Shown one piece after another: positions 20,136 through 30,057 of a stretch of 32,000 nt of DNA. The stretch is from Mycobacterium tuberculosis H37Rv (GTDB taxonomy: Bacteria; Actinomycetota; Actinomycetes; Mycobacteriales; Mycobacteriaceae). Under the pieces are notes generated by a model. The model did no database searches. It had not been told where the DNA came from and saw only the letters and a list, made by a program, of their open reading frames with translations. The stretch's first letter is position 1, and the number at the start of each line of letters is the position of its first letter. The translations under genes were made by a program, and so were the position numbers. Location of the stretch: NCBI RefSeq assembly GCF_000195955.2, contig NC_000962.3:990001-1022000 (forward strand). The letters run 5' to 3'.

Positions 20136-21734
20136 TTGGCTACTATCTGCGGCCATGACCAAACGAGCGGCAACGGCCGCCATGGTGATGTTGCTGACGT
20201 TAACGGTTGCGGATCCACGCACCAGGCACTTGGCCCGCCGTCCGGGTTGCCCGATGCCTCTCCCAATGAGAGGTCAGCGATACAGATCCCCGCTGGCCGC
20301 ATCGACGATGCCGTGGCAAAGGTCGACGGCCTGGTCGGCGAGCTGATGCAGAATACCGGCATACCCGGAATGGCAGTGGCGATAGTCCATGGCGGAAAGA
20401 CGTTGTATGCCAAAGGGTTCGGTGTCAGAGACGTGGGCAAAGGTGGTGGTCCGGACAACAAGGTGGACGCCGACACCGTCTTTCAGTTGGCGTCGGTGTC
20501 CAAATCGGTCGGCGCCACGGTGGTGGCGCATGCGGTAACCGACAACGTCGTGACCTGGGATACGCCCGTCGTATCGAAGCTGCCGTGGTTTGCCCTTCGC
20601 GATCCCTACGTCACCGGCCAGGTAACCATTGCTGACCTCTACTCGCATCGCTCCGGCCTGCCCGACCATGCGGGCGATCTGTTGGAGGATTTGGGTTATG
20701 ACCGTCGACAGGTACTGCAGCGGCTGAAATACCTGCCGCTGGCACCGTTTCGAATCAGCTATGCCTACACCAACTTTGGTGTGACCGCGGCGGCCGAAGC
20801 GGTCGCGGCCGCGGCCGGCCAGTCCTGGGAGGACCTGTCCGACGAGGTGCTCTACCGCCCGTTGGGGATGGGGTCTACGAGTTCCCGGTTCACCGACTTT
20901 CTGGCCAGGCCCAACCATGCGGTCAACCACGTCAAGGTCGCAGACCGATGGGAGGCGCGCTACCAGCGCGATCCCGACGCCCAATCACCTGCGGGCGGGG
21001 TGAGTTCGTCTCTTAACGACATGACGCACTGGCTGGCCATGGTGCTGGCCGACGGCGTGTACAACGGCCGTCGGATCACGTCGCCGGAGGCCCTGCTCCC
21101 CGTCTACACGCCGCAGGTGATCTCTCGACACCCGGTGTCACCGAGAGCGCGGGCCAGCTTCTATGGCTACGGATTCAACGTGGGGGTAACCTCTTCGGGA
21201 CGCACCGAGTACAGCCATTCCGGCGCCTTCGGGCTGGGTGCCGCGGCGAATTTCGTGGTGCTGCCCTCCGAAGACCTGGCCATCATCGCGCTGACCAACG
21301 CCGGGCCCATCGGCGTGCCGGAGACGCTGACCGCCGAATTCATGGACTTGGTGCAGTACGGCCAGGTACGCGAGGACTGGGCGGCCCTGTACAAGAAGGC
21401 ATTTGCCCCGCTGAACGAGCTCGCGGGCTCGCTGGTCGGCAAGCAATCCCCGGCCAACCCAGCGCCGAGCAGACCGCTGAACGACTACGTCGGCGTGTAC
21501 GCCAACGACTACTGGGGGCCCGCCACCGTGACCTACCACGACGGCCAACTGCGCCTGTCGCTGGGGCCGAAGAACCAGACGTTCGATTTGACGCACTGGG
21601 ACGGCGACACTTTCACGTTCACGTTGTCGACCGAAAACGCATTGCCCGGATCGATTTCCAAGGCCACCTTCGCCGGCGACACGTTAAACCTGGAATACTA
21701 CGACGCCGACAAGCTGGGAACGTTTACCCGATGA
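20136..21734 (+). CDS. Beta-lactamase-like serine hydrolase, 532 aa as called from TTG; N-terminus suspicious
   Basis: [17 protein letters not shown] (SxxK), ISYAYTNFG (YxN), YGYGFNV...[10 protein letters not shown] (HxG). N-terminus [27 protein letters not shown] looks like an out-of-frame read. Confidence 0.88.
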
Positions 21735-24124
21735 CCCGTTCGGCTTCGGCGACAGCCGGTTTGACCGATGCCGAAGTGGCGCAACGGGTCGCCGAAGGCA
21801 AGAGCAACGATATCCCGGAACGGGTCACCCGCACCGTCGGGCAGATCGTCCGGGCCAACGTATTCACGCGGATCAACGCGATTCTGGGCGTTTTGCTGCT
21901 CATCGTCTTGGCGACGGGCTCGTTGATCAACGGGATGTTCGGCCTGCTCATCATCGCCAACAGCGTCATCGGCATGGTCCAGGAGATCCGTGCCAAGCAG
22001 ACGCTGGACAAACTCGCGATCATCGGACAGGCGAAACCGTTGGTGCGCAGGCAATCCGGAACGCGCACGCGGTCGACCAACGAGGTGGTGCTGGACGACA
22101 TCATCGAACTTGGGCCCGGGGACCAGGTTGTCGTCGACGGCGAGGTCGTCGAGGAGGAAAACTTGGAGATCGACGAATCATTGCTGACCGGCGAGGCCGA
22201 CCCGATTGCCAAAGACGCTGGCGATACCGTGATGTCGGGCAGTTTCGTCGTCTCCGGTGCCGGCGCCTACCGCGCCACCAAGGTCGGCAGCGAAGCATAT
22301 GCAGCCAAACTGGCCGCCGAGGCCAGCAAGTTCACCCTGGTGAAATCCGAATTGCGCAACGGCATCAACAGGATTCTGCAGTTCATCACTTACTTGTTGG
22401 TGCCGGCCGGCCTGCTGACCATCTACACCCAGTTGTTCACCACACACGTGGGATGGCGGGAATCCGTGTTGCGGATGGTGGGCGCGCTGGTGCCGATGGT
22501 TCCCGAAGGCCTGGTGCTGATGACCTCGATCGCCTTCGCCGTCGGGGTGGTCAGGCTCGGCCAGCGTCAATGCCTGGTGCAAGAGTTGCCCGCCATCGAG
22601 GGGTTGGCGCGGGTGGACGTGGTCTGCGCCGACAAGACCGGCACACTGACCGAAAGTGGCATGCGGGTCTGCGAGGTCGAAGAGCTCGACGGGGCTGGTC
22701 GACAGGAAAGTGTCGCCGATGTGCTGGCCGCCCTGGCCGCCGCCGACGCCCGTCCCAACGCGAGCATGCAGGCAATCGCCGAGGCCTTTCACTCGCCGCC
22801 GGGCTGGGTCGTGGCCGCGAACGCGCCTTTCAAGTCGGCCACCAAGTGGAGCGGCGTCTCCTTTCGCGATCACGGTAACTGGGTGATCGGCGCGCCCGAC
22901 GTGCTGCTCGATCCGGCTTCGGTGGCGGCCAGACAGGCCGAGCGGATCGGAGCGCAGGGATTGCGGGTGCTGCTGCTGGCTGCTGGCAGTGTGGCCGTCG
23001 ACCATGCCCAAGCGCCGGGTCAGGTCACCCCGGTAGCGCTGGTTGTGCTGGAGCAGAAGGTGCGGCCCGACGCCCGTGAAACGCTGGATTATTTTGCTGT
23101 TCAGAATGTTTCGGTCAAGGTGATCTCCGGTGACAACGCGGTGTCGGTTGGTGCGGTCGCCGACCGGCTCGGGCTGCATGGCGAGGCGATGGATGCGCGT
23201 GCGCTGCCGACGGGCCGCGAAGAACTGGCCGACACACTGGACTCTTACACCAGTTTTGGCCGTGTGCGGCCGGACCAGAAGCGTGCGATCGTGCATGCTC
23301 TGCAATCACACGGGCATACCGTGGCGATGACCGGCGACGGCGTCAACGACGTGCTTGCCCTCAAGGACGCTGATATCGGTGTGGCGATGGGCTCGGGCAG
23401 CCCGGCCTCGCGTGCGGTGGCACAGATCGTGTTGCTGAACAACCGGTTTGCCACGCTGCCCCATGTGGTCGGCGAGGGGCGTCGGGTCATCGGCAATATC
23501 GAACGGGTCGCCAATCTATTCCTGACTAAGACGGTGTATTCCGTGTTGCTGGCGCTGCTGGTGGGTATTGAGTGCTTAATTGCCATACCGCTGCGGCGTG
23601 ATCCGCTGTTGTTCCCGTTCCAGCCGATCCACGTCACCATCGCGGCCTGGTTCACTATCGGGATCCCAGCGTTCATCCTGTCCTTGGCGCCCAACAACGA
23701 GCGGGCCTATCCGGGCTTCGTTCGGCGAGTTATGACGTCTGCGGTGCCGTTCGGACTAGTCATCGGTGTCGCGACTTTCGTCACCTATCTGGCCGCTTAC
23801 CAGGGTCGCTACGCCTCGTGGCAGGAGCAGGAACAGGCGTCGACCGCTGCGCTGATCACGTTGTTGATGACCGCGTTATGGGTGCTGGCGGTGATCGCAC
23901 GCCCCTATCAGTGGTGGCGACTGGCGCTGGTGCTTGCCTCCGGACTGGCCTATGTGGTGATCTTCAGCCTTCCGCTGGCGCGGGAGAAGTTCCTGCTGGA
24001 TGCCTCGAACCTGGCGACGACGTCAATCGCGCTGGCGGTTGGCGTGGTGGGTGCGGCGACCATTGAGGCGATGTGGTGGATCCGAAGCAGGATGCTCGGT
24101 GTGAAACCGAGAGTGTGGCGATAA
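21731..24124 (+). CDS. ctpE: P-type metal cation-transporting ATPase, 797 aa
   Basis: [15 protein letters not shown] phosphorylation motif, [37 protein letters not shown] hinge motif, multiple TM segments. Confidence 0.96.
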
Positions 24125-24133
24125 CCGCGAATC

Positions 24134-24268
24134 GCCGCGCATTAGCGCCCGCAGTTCGGGCAATCCGAGGGCGTTGCGGCGTAGTGCATCCAGGCGGCCA
24201 TTGATGGCTTCGGTAGGGCTGGTCTTGCCGCGGCGCCGGTCGGGGTGGGCGTAGGCGGCGATCAGGCG
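24134..24268 (-). mobile_element. Remnant of ISL3-like transposase C-terminus
   Basis: Minus-strand frame reads RLIAAYAHPDRRRGKTSPTEAINGRLDALRRNALGLPELRALMRG, resembling the TSNGPTEAINGRLEALRRNALGFRNL segment of ISL3-family transposases. No complete transposase present. Confidence 0.6.
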
Positions 24269-24680
24269 CTGGGAGAAGCCCCAGCACATTTTGCCGTGTG
24301 TTGAGCGGTGGGTAGCGCGTGCGCGGGGTGTGTCGTACTCGGTAGAGCGGATCTCCGCGCGGCCCCGGTGACCGCCCGTGAGCTGTTGGATGGTTGGTGG
24401 TGCATATCGTCGGTCTGTCGATCGAGACCACAGCACCGACCGACTCCGCGATTACTCCCATCATGGTCCGGGAAATCAACATCGGTGAGATCCCCCTAGG
24501 CCTCAGGCTGGGCAGCGACACCACACTGCTCGACGCCGCTCTCGCGGGTGGGTAACACCGGCAGCCAGCTTTCGGGCTTTTCCCGACCGGCTCTAAGGGC
24601 TGGTTGCAGTCAACCGCACCGCGACAAGTAGGGTTCACCAGAGGATACTGGGGCCAAGCTCGTGGCAAGAAACGGTACGC

Positions 24681-24860
24681 ATGGGAATCCTGGACAAGGT
24701 AAAGAACCTGCTGTCGCAGAACGCCGACAAGGTCGAGACGGTGATCAACAAAGCGGGCGAATTCGTCGACGAGCAGACGCAAGGCAATTATTCTGACGCC
24801 ATCCACAAGCTGCATGACGCGGCCAGCAACGTCGTCGGCATGAGCGACCAGCAGAGCTAG
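24681..24860 (+). CDS. Antitoxin-like small protein, 59 aa (Rv0909, MT0933_antitox type)
   Basis: [59 protein letters not shown]; 5 bp before the next gene. Below ORF-track cutoff. Confidence 0.88.
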
Positions 24861-24865
24861 CACGC

Positions 24866-25300
24866 ATGGCGAAACTGTCCGGATCCATCGACGTACCGCT
24901 GCCACCGGAGGAAGCCTGGATGCACGCCTCCGATCTGACTCGTTACCGAGAGTGGCTGACCATCCACAAGGTATGGCGCAGCAAGTTGCCCGAAGTGCTC
25001 GAGAAGGGCACGGTCGTCGAGTCGTATGTCGAGGTCAAGGGCATGCCCAACCGGATCAAGTGGACGATCGTGCGGTACAAACCCCCGGAGGGCATGACGC
25101 TCAACGGCGACGGTGTGGGTGGTGTCAAAGTCAAGCTGATCGCTAAGGTAGCGCCGAAAGAGCACGGCTCCGTCGTCAGCTTCGATGTGCACCTCGGCGG
25201 CCCGGCCCTGCTCGGGCCGATCGGCATGATCGTCGCCGCTGCATTGCGAGCCGACATCCGCGAATCGCTGCAGAACTTCGTCACGGTGTTTGCCGGCTGA
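24866..25300 (+). CDS. SRPBCC/START-like fold toxin candidate, 144 aa (Rv0910)
   Basis: MAKLSGSIDVPLPPEEAWMHASDLTRYREWLTIHKVWRSKLPEVLEKGTVVESYVEVKGMPNRIKWTIVRYKPPEGMTLNG... typical SRPBCC N-terminus; coupled to Rv0909-like ORF. Confidence 0.85.
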   Translation: MAKLSGSIDVPLPPEEAWMHASDLTRYREWLTIHKVWRSKLPEVLEKGTVVESYVEVKGMPNRIKWTIVRYKPPEGMTLNGDGVGGVKVKLIAKVAPKEHGSVVSFDVHLGGPALLGPIGMIVAAALRADIRESLQNFVTVFAG

Positions 25301-25397
25301 CCGGCGAACGTGATCGGTGTCGATGAGTTTCAGACTCCGGGGCGGTCGGTACCTGTGAACCCTGATCCAGGGCCCGACACAGACTAGGAGGTCATCC

Positions 25398-26171
25398 GTG
25401 CCTACTCGTAGTAGCGCGCCGCTGGGCGCACCCTGCTGGATCGACTTGACGACTTCGGACGTCGACCGTGCCCAAGATTTCTACGGCACGGTGTTCGGCT
25501 GGGCGTTCGAGTCCGCGGGACCCGACTACGGCGGATACATCAATGCCGCCAAGGGCGGTCACCCGGTCGCCGGCCTGATGGCCAATCGGCCCGAGTTTCA
25601 GTCTCCCGACGGCTGGGCCACCTACTTTCATACCGTCGACATCGGTGCGACCGTGGCCAAGTTGGCTGCCGCGGGCGGTTCGTCGTGCCTGGACCCGATG
25701 GAAGTACCCGGCAAGGGCTTCATGAGCCTGGCGGTCGATCCGTCGGGTGCGGCCTTCGGCCTGTGGCAGCCGCTGCAGCACCACGGCTTCGAGGTGATCG
25801 GTGAAGCCGGCTCGCCCGTCTGGCATCAGCTGACGACGCGCGACTACCGTTCCGTCATAGACTTCTACCGCCAGGTCTTCGGGTGGCGCACCGAACAGAT
25901 TTCCGACACTGACGAATTCTGCTACACCACAGCATGGTTCGACGATCAGCAATTGCTCGGTGTGATGGACGGCAGCTCCTGTCTCCCCGAAGGCGTTCCG
26001 TCGAATTGGACCATATTCTTTGGTGCCGAGGACGTTGACGAGACGTTGCGGGTGATCTGCGACAACGGCGGAAGTGTGGTGCGGGCCGCCGAGAACACCC
26101 CGTATGGCCGATTGGCCGCGGCAGCCGACCCGATGGGCGTTGTCTTCAATTTGTCGTCTCTGCAGGCGTAA
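25398..26171 (+). CDS. Double VOC-domain (glyoxalase/bleomycin resistance-like) protein, 257 aa
   Basis: APCWIDLTTSDVDRAQDFYGTVFGW...; second domain VWHQLTTRDYRSVIDFYRQVFGWRTE. RBS AGGAGG at 25386-25391, GTG start. Confidence 0.9.
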   Translation: MPTRSSAPLGAPCWIDLTTSDVDRAQDFYGTVFGWAFESAGPDYGGYINAAKGGHPVAGLMANRPEFQSPDGWATYFHTVDIGATVAKLAAAGGSSCLDPMEVPGKGFMSLAVDPSGAAFGLWQPLQHHGFEVIGEAGSPVWHQLTTRDYRSVIDFYRQVFGWRTEQISDTDEFCYTTAWFDDQQLLGVMDGSSCLPEGVPSNWTIFFGAEDVDETLRVICDNGGSVVRAAENTPYGRLAAAADPMGVVFNLSSLQA

Positions 26172-26235
26172 TGGCGAATCGGGCTGCCGCGTGGCGCGCG
26201 GCGACCCGCCCATGCGCAGTATTAGTGTCACAACC

Positions 26236-26685
26236 ATGACGCGCCGCCTGCGCCCTGGTTGGCTCGTGGCACTTTCCGCCGCGGTCATCGCGGCCAGCAC
26301 CTGGATGCCTTGGCTGACGACGACCGTCGGCGGTGGAGGCTGGGTCAACGCCATTGGGGGCACACACGGCAGCCTGGAGCTCCCGCACGGGTTCGGCCCG
26401 GGTCAGCTCATCGTCTTGCTTTCCTCGACGCTGCTGGTGGTTGGCGCGATGGCGGGACGCGGCCTGTCGGTGAAGCTTTCCTCGATTGCCGCGCTGGTCG
26501 TCTCGCTGCTCATCGTGGCACTCACGGTGTGGTACTACAAGCTCAACGTCAACCCACCCGTGTCAGCCGAATACGGGCTGTACTTCGGTGCCGCCGGCGG
26601 GGTGTGCGCGGTGGGTTGCTCGTTGTGGGCTGCGGTGTCGGCCGCTTCGCCTGGGCGTCGTCGCCATCGTGAAGTGGTGCGGTAG
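26236..26685 (+). CDS. Integral membrane protein, 149 aa
   Basis: MTRRLRPGWLVALSAAVIAASTWMPWLTTTV..., with further hydrophobic segments LIVLLSSTLLVVGAMA, IAALVVSLLIVALTVWYY, GLYFGAAGGVCAVGCSLWAAV. Confidence 0.8.
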   Translation: MTRRLRPGWLVALSAAVIAASTWMPWLTTTVGGGGWVNAIGGTHGSLELPHGFGPGQLIVLLSSTLLVVGAMAGRGLSVKLSSIAALVVSLLIVALTVWYYKLNVNPPVSAEYGLYFGAAGGVCAVGCSLWAAVSAASPGRRRHREVVR

Positions 26686-26747
26686 AACATTTCAGCCCGG
26701 CGGAACTCGTGTTTTCCCCGTGCGGGGCTGGCTCCCGATTGGGTAGC

Positions 26748-27095
26748 CCCGTACACGAAAGGCGCAAACACAACCTCGCGGCCATCCGGGTCGCGATAGA
26801 TGACGGCTCCGGTAGCTTCTCAAAGGGGGCGTTGTTCCACCGGCTGGGTCGCCACCTCTTGCAGGCCAGTAAGTGCGGCTTGCTGCCCCCGCTTGTCCGA
26901 GCAATACCGGCACAGCTGTTCGTGATGGTCTGTTTCGACGATTTCCAGCGTCAGGCTCGAGCTGGGAAGGCCGAATATCGCGCCGTTGCTTCCGTAGCTT
27001 TCGGCGAAGGTCTGGTCGAGCATTCCCACCAGATCACGGTAGAACCGCACTGTCTCTTCCAAGTTCGACGGGCGGGGCCGATTGACGCCAATCCC
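26748..27095 (-). pseudogene. Unannotated single-VOC-domain (glyoxalase-like) pseudogene interrupted by an in-frame TGA at 26820-26822
   Basis: Minus-strand reading: GIGVNRPRPSNLEETVRFYRDLVGMLDQTFAESYGSNGAIFGLPSSSLTLEIVETDHHEQLCRY...TQPVEQRPL*EATGAVIYRDPDGREVVFAPFVYG, all in one frame across the stop. Confidence 0.75.
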
Positions 27096-27216
27096 TCGGG
27101 CCAGTGCGTTGTTCGGCGGCGCTTTTCGTTGTCCACCGCTACTCCGTTTCGCCGAGGCTGCACTTCTGCAGGCCGCTACTCGCAGTTTTGCTGCGGATTT
27201 TCCGGCTCGGTGCAAT

Positions 27217-28725
27217 TCATAGCCCAACGGCAGCCGCCGGCGACTCTGCGTGATCCCAGCGACGCAACTCGGCGCCCGGCACCCACGCCGAATGCGTGCC
27301 GCTGGAAATACGTTCCGGCAGTGCAAGCTTGCATATCGGGCCATCGCCGGGGCGCGCCGCGTCGAAAACCAGGCAATACGATGCGTCGTCGTTCATGTCG
27401 GTGGTGAGGGTGACCAGATAGCCGTCGTCCTCGGCGCTGCTGCCCACCCGTGGAGCCATCGCGGTCTCACTTCCGTAGACGCCGTCACCGAACGAGTAAC
27501 ACTCGTGGTTGCCGGTGAGCAGATCGTGCTTAACCAGTCCGTCGAACAGGAACCAACTCGGTTTGCCGGTAGCGGCATAGGTGTAACGGTAGCTGCTGGC
27601 CGCGTAATCGGCGTTGATGGTTCCGAACTCGGTGATGGACTCGGACAGTTGCTCCTCGTGGACTGCCCCGGTCACCATATTGAGCCGCCACCGATGTAGC
27701 CGGGACTGCAGCCGATCCAGAGCCAGGAACCGAAACAGCTTCTCCCACTTCGTTCCTCCGGTGTCAAGTGGCTGCGGATCGCCTTCGTAGAAGCCGTCGA
27801 GCACGATCTCGTCGCCCTGCTCGTAGGCGTTGGTGAAGTGCAACACGAACGTTGGATCGGCTTCGAACCAGCGAATGTCGTTGCCTCGGCGAGCAACAAC
27901 CGCAAACCGAGATGGAATCTCCGGATAGAAGCGTGGTAGGTGCACGTCGCGCTCGAGCAGCCTGGGATCCCAGAACAGTGGAAAATCGTTGAGGATTACG
28001 TAATTTTCGGTGAACGCCATGTCATGCGGTAGCCGCGGCCCGGGCAGCGGAACATCGACATAGTGCACAAGCTCATTGTTCTGGTCGACAACGCCGTAGC
28101 GCATATACGGCTCTTGCTTGCTGTAGTTGAAGAACAACAGTTCGCCGGTCTTGTTGTCTACCTTCGGATGTGCCGACACGCCCCAGTCGAACGGAAACCT
28201 TCCGTGCCAGCTCTCCTTGCCGAGCGTATTGGCCGAGTACGGGTCGATCCGATACAGATCGCCGCACTGGTAGAAGCTAGTCAGCGCGATACCTCGGTGG
28301 ACGATGACGTCGGTGCTCGACGCGTCCTTCATGAGGCCACGAGCGCCCCAGCCGTGTTCCCGCTTGGCCAGTTGCACCGGTTCTGCCAGACCCGGCCACA
28401 GCGGCCCGCCGGCCTCGTTCTCGGCCAAGAATCCATCGGTGCGAATAAATCGGTTGCGGTAGAAGGCTTTTCCATCACGGAAGCCGACGACATGGATCAT
28501 GCCGTCGCCATCGAAGGGGTGGTAGGTCGCGAATGCCGGGTGTAGCGGGTTCTCGGTGTTGCGCAGGTAGATGCCGTCCAGGTCGGCGGGGACTTCGCCT
28601 GTCACGGTGGTCAGGTCGTCGGCATCCCATTCGGTGGTCTGTGGTCGCCACGGACCGGTGCGATAGGGGTGGTCGTCGTCTTCGGGAAGGGTCGACAAGT
28701 ACTTGCCGACAATCGTGATGTCCAT
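27217..28725 (-). CDS. Carotenoid cleavage oxygenase-family dioxygenase, 502 aa
   Basis: LDGIYLRNTENPLHPAFATYHPFDGDGMIHVVGF, FDWGVSAHPKVDNKTGELLFFNYS, LPHDMAFTENYVILNDFPLFWD, SSGTHSAWVP: the His-containing blocks of the RPE65/CCO family. Confidence 0.92.
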   Translation of the reverse strand: MDITIVGKYLSTLPEDDDHPYRTGPWRPQTTEWDADDLTTVTGEVPADLDGIYLRNTENPLHPAFATYHPFDGDGMIHVVGFRDGKAFYRNRFIRTDGFLAENEAGGPLWPGLAEPVQLAKREHGWGARGLMKDASSTDVIVHRGIALTSFYQCGDLYRIDPYSANTLGKESWHGRFPFDWGVSAHPKVDNKTGELLFFNYSKQEPYMRYGVVDQNNELVHYVDVPLPGPRLPHDMAFTENYVILNDFPLFWDPRLLERDVHLPRFYPEIPSRFAVVARRGNDIRWFEADPTFVLHFTNAYEQGDEIVLDGFYEGDPQPLDTGGTKWEKLFRFLALDRLQSRLHRWRLNMVTGAVHEEQLSESITEFGTINADYAASSYRYTYAATGKPSWFLFDGLVKHDLLTGNHECYSFGDGVYGSETAMAPRVGSSAEDDGYLVTLTTDMNDDASYCLVFDAARPGDGPICKLALPERISSGTHSAWVPGAELRRWDHAESPAAAVGL

Positions 28726-28726
28726 T

Positions 28727-29965
28727 TCACGATCCTCGTGTGGTGCTGACAACGAAACTGACCGTGGTGGCCGTGCTGCCACCGAAATTCAGCGTGCCGA
28801 ACGCTTCGGCGTTCTCGACCTGATAGTCACCGGCAATGCCGCTCACCTGTTTGGCCGCGTCGAGCAGCATCCGCACACCGGAAGCCCCGACCGGATGTCC
28901 GCCACCGATCAGTCCTCCGCTGGGGTTGATGGGTAGCCGCCCGCCGATCTCGATCTCTCCGTTCTCGATGGCCTTCCAAGATTCCCCGGGGCCGGTCAAC
29001 CCGATGTGATCGATGGCCAGGTATTCGCTGGGGGTGAAGCAGTCGTGCACCTCGATCCCGTCCAGATCGTCGAGGGTCACCCGGGCGCGGCGCAGGGCGT
29101 CCAGCACTGTGGCCCGCACGTGCGGCAGTAGGTAGGGGGCCGAGTCGCCCTGGGCGACGCGGTCCAGTTTCTGCCGCAGACCCAACCCGACGGTGCGATG
29201 TCCCCAGCCGTCGATGCGGCCGATCGGGCGCGCGTCGCGATGGTCGCGCAGATAGGCATCGCTGACCAGGACCAATCCCGCGCCGCCGTCGGTCATCTGG
29301 CTGCAATCAAACCGTCGCAGCCGGCCTTCGGTAAGAGGGTTGGTCGCGTCGTCGTCGGTGATCGGGTCGGGGATCGTCCAGCCGCGGGTCTGCGCGTTGG
29401 GGTTGCGGCGCGCGTTGGCGAAGTTGAGTTGAGCGATGGCCCGCAGGTGAGTGTCATCCAAACCGTATCGCCGGTCGTATTCGTCGGCGACCTGAGCGAA
29501 CATCGACGGCCATAAGTAGCGGGCCTCGGCTCCTTCGTGCCCGGTCCAGGCCGCGGCACTCAGATGCTCGGCCGCGGTGTCGCCGGGCACGGTCTTCTCC
29601 AGCTCTAGGCCCACGACGAGCGCGACACGGTACGCGCCTGATCGCAGGTCGGCCATCGCCGCGAGCGTCGCCACGCTGCCGGATGCGCACGCGGCCTCGT
29701 GCCGGGTGGCCGGCGTGTCCCAGAGATCGTCGCAGACAGTGGCCGGCATCGCGCCGAGGTGGCCTTGACGGGCGAACATCTCGCCGAAGGCGTTCGCGAC
29801 GTGGACGACTCCCGCAGCGGCTAGGTCGGCGGCGTCCACCTTGGCCGCGGTGAGCGTGCCGTCGACGACCTCCCTAGTCAGGTCGGCGAAGTCGCGGTTC
29901 TCTTTGCTGAGGTTGCGAGCAAAATCGCTCTGATAGCCGCCGAGAATCCAGACACCGTCGTCCAT
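28727..29965 (-). CDS. Thiolase-like acetyl-CoA acetyltransferase, 412 aa
   Basis: VWILGGYQSDFAR, HEAACASGSVATLAAMADLRSG (nucleophile Cys), EVHDCFTPSEYLAIDHIG, NPSGGLIGGGHPVGASGVR, AFGTLNFGGSTATTVSFVV. Confidence 0.92.
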   Translation of the reverse strand: MDDGVWILGGYQSDFARNLSKENRDFADLTREVVDGTLTAAKVDAADLAAAGVVHVANAFGEMFARQGHLGAMPATVCDDLWDTPATRHEAACASGSVATLAAMADLRSGAYRVALVVGLELEKTVPGDTAAEHLSAAAWTGHEGAEARYLWPSMFAQVADEYDRRYGLDDTHLRAIAQLNFANARRNPNAQTRGWTIPDPITDDDATNPLTEGRLRRFDCSQMTDGGAGLVLVSDAYLRDHRDARPIGRIDGWGHRTVGLGLRQKLDRVAQGDSAPYLLPHVRATVLDALRRARVTLDDLDGIEVHDCFTPSEYLAIDHIGLTGPGESWKAIENGEIEIGGRLPINPSGGLIGGGHPVGASGVRMLLDAAKQVSGIAGDYQVENAEAFGTLNFGGSTATTVSFVVSTTRGS

Positions 29966-30057
29966 AGCCGTACGCTACTACAAGCGGTGTGAACGGCCCG
30001 TCGGATAGCCACGCTCACCAGGCATTTTCCGCGCGGCGACGAACGGTTGCCGGACTT

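Noticed and set aside
23964-24905. 313-aa minus ORF crossing the ctpE end and the TA antitoxin
   Set aside because: Antisense to the 59-aa antitoxin and ctpE; no domain signal in this frame. The transposase-like signal is in a different minus frame.
25289-25309. Small GC hairpin TTGCCGG-CTGA-CCGGCGAA at the Rv0910-like stop
   Set aside because: Only 5-8 bp arms with no U-tract; common by chance at this GC content, so not called as a terminator.
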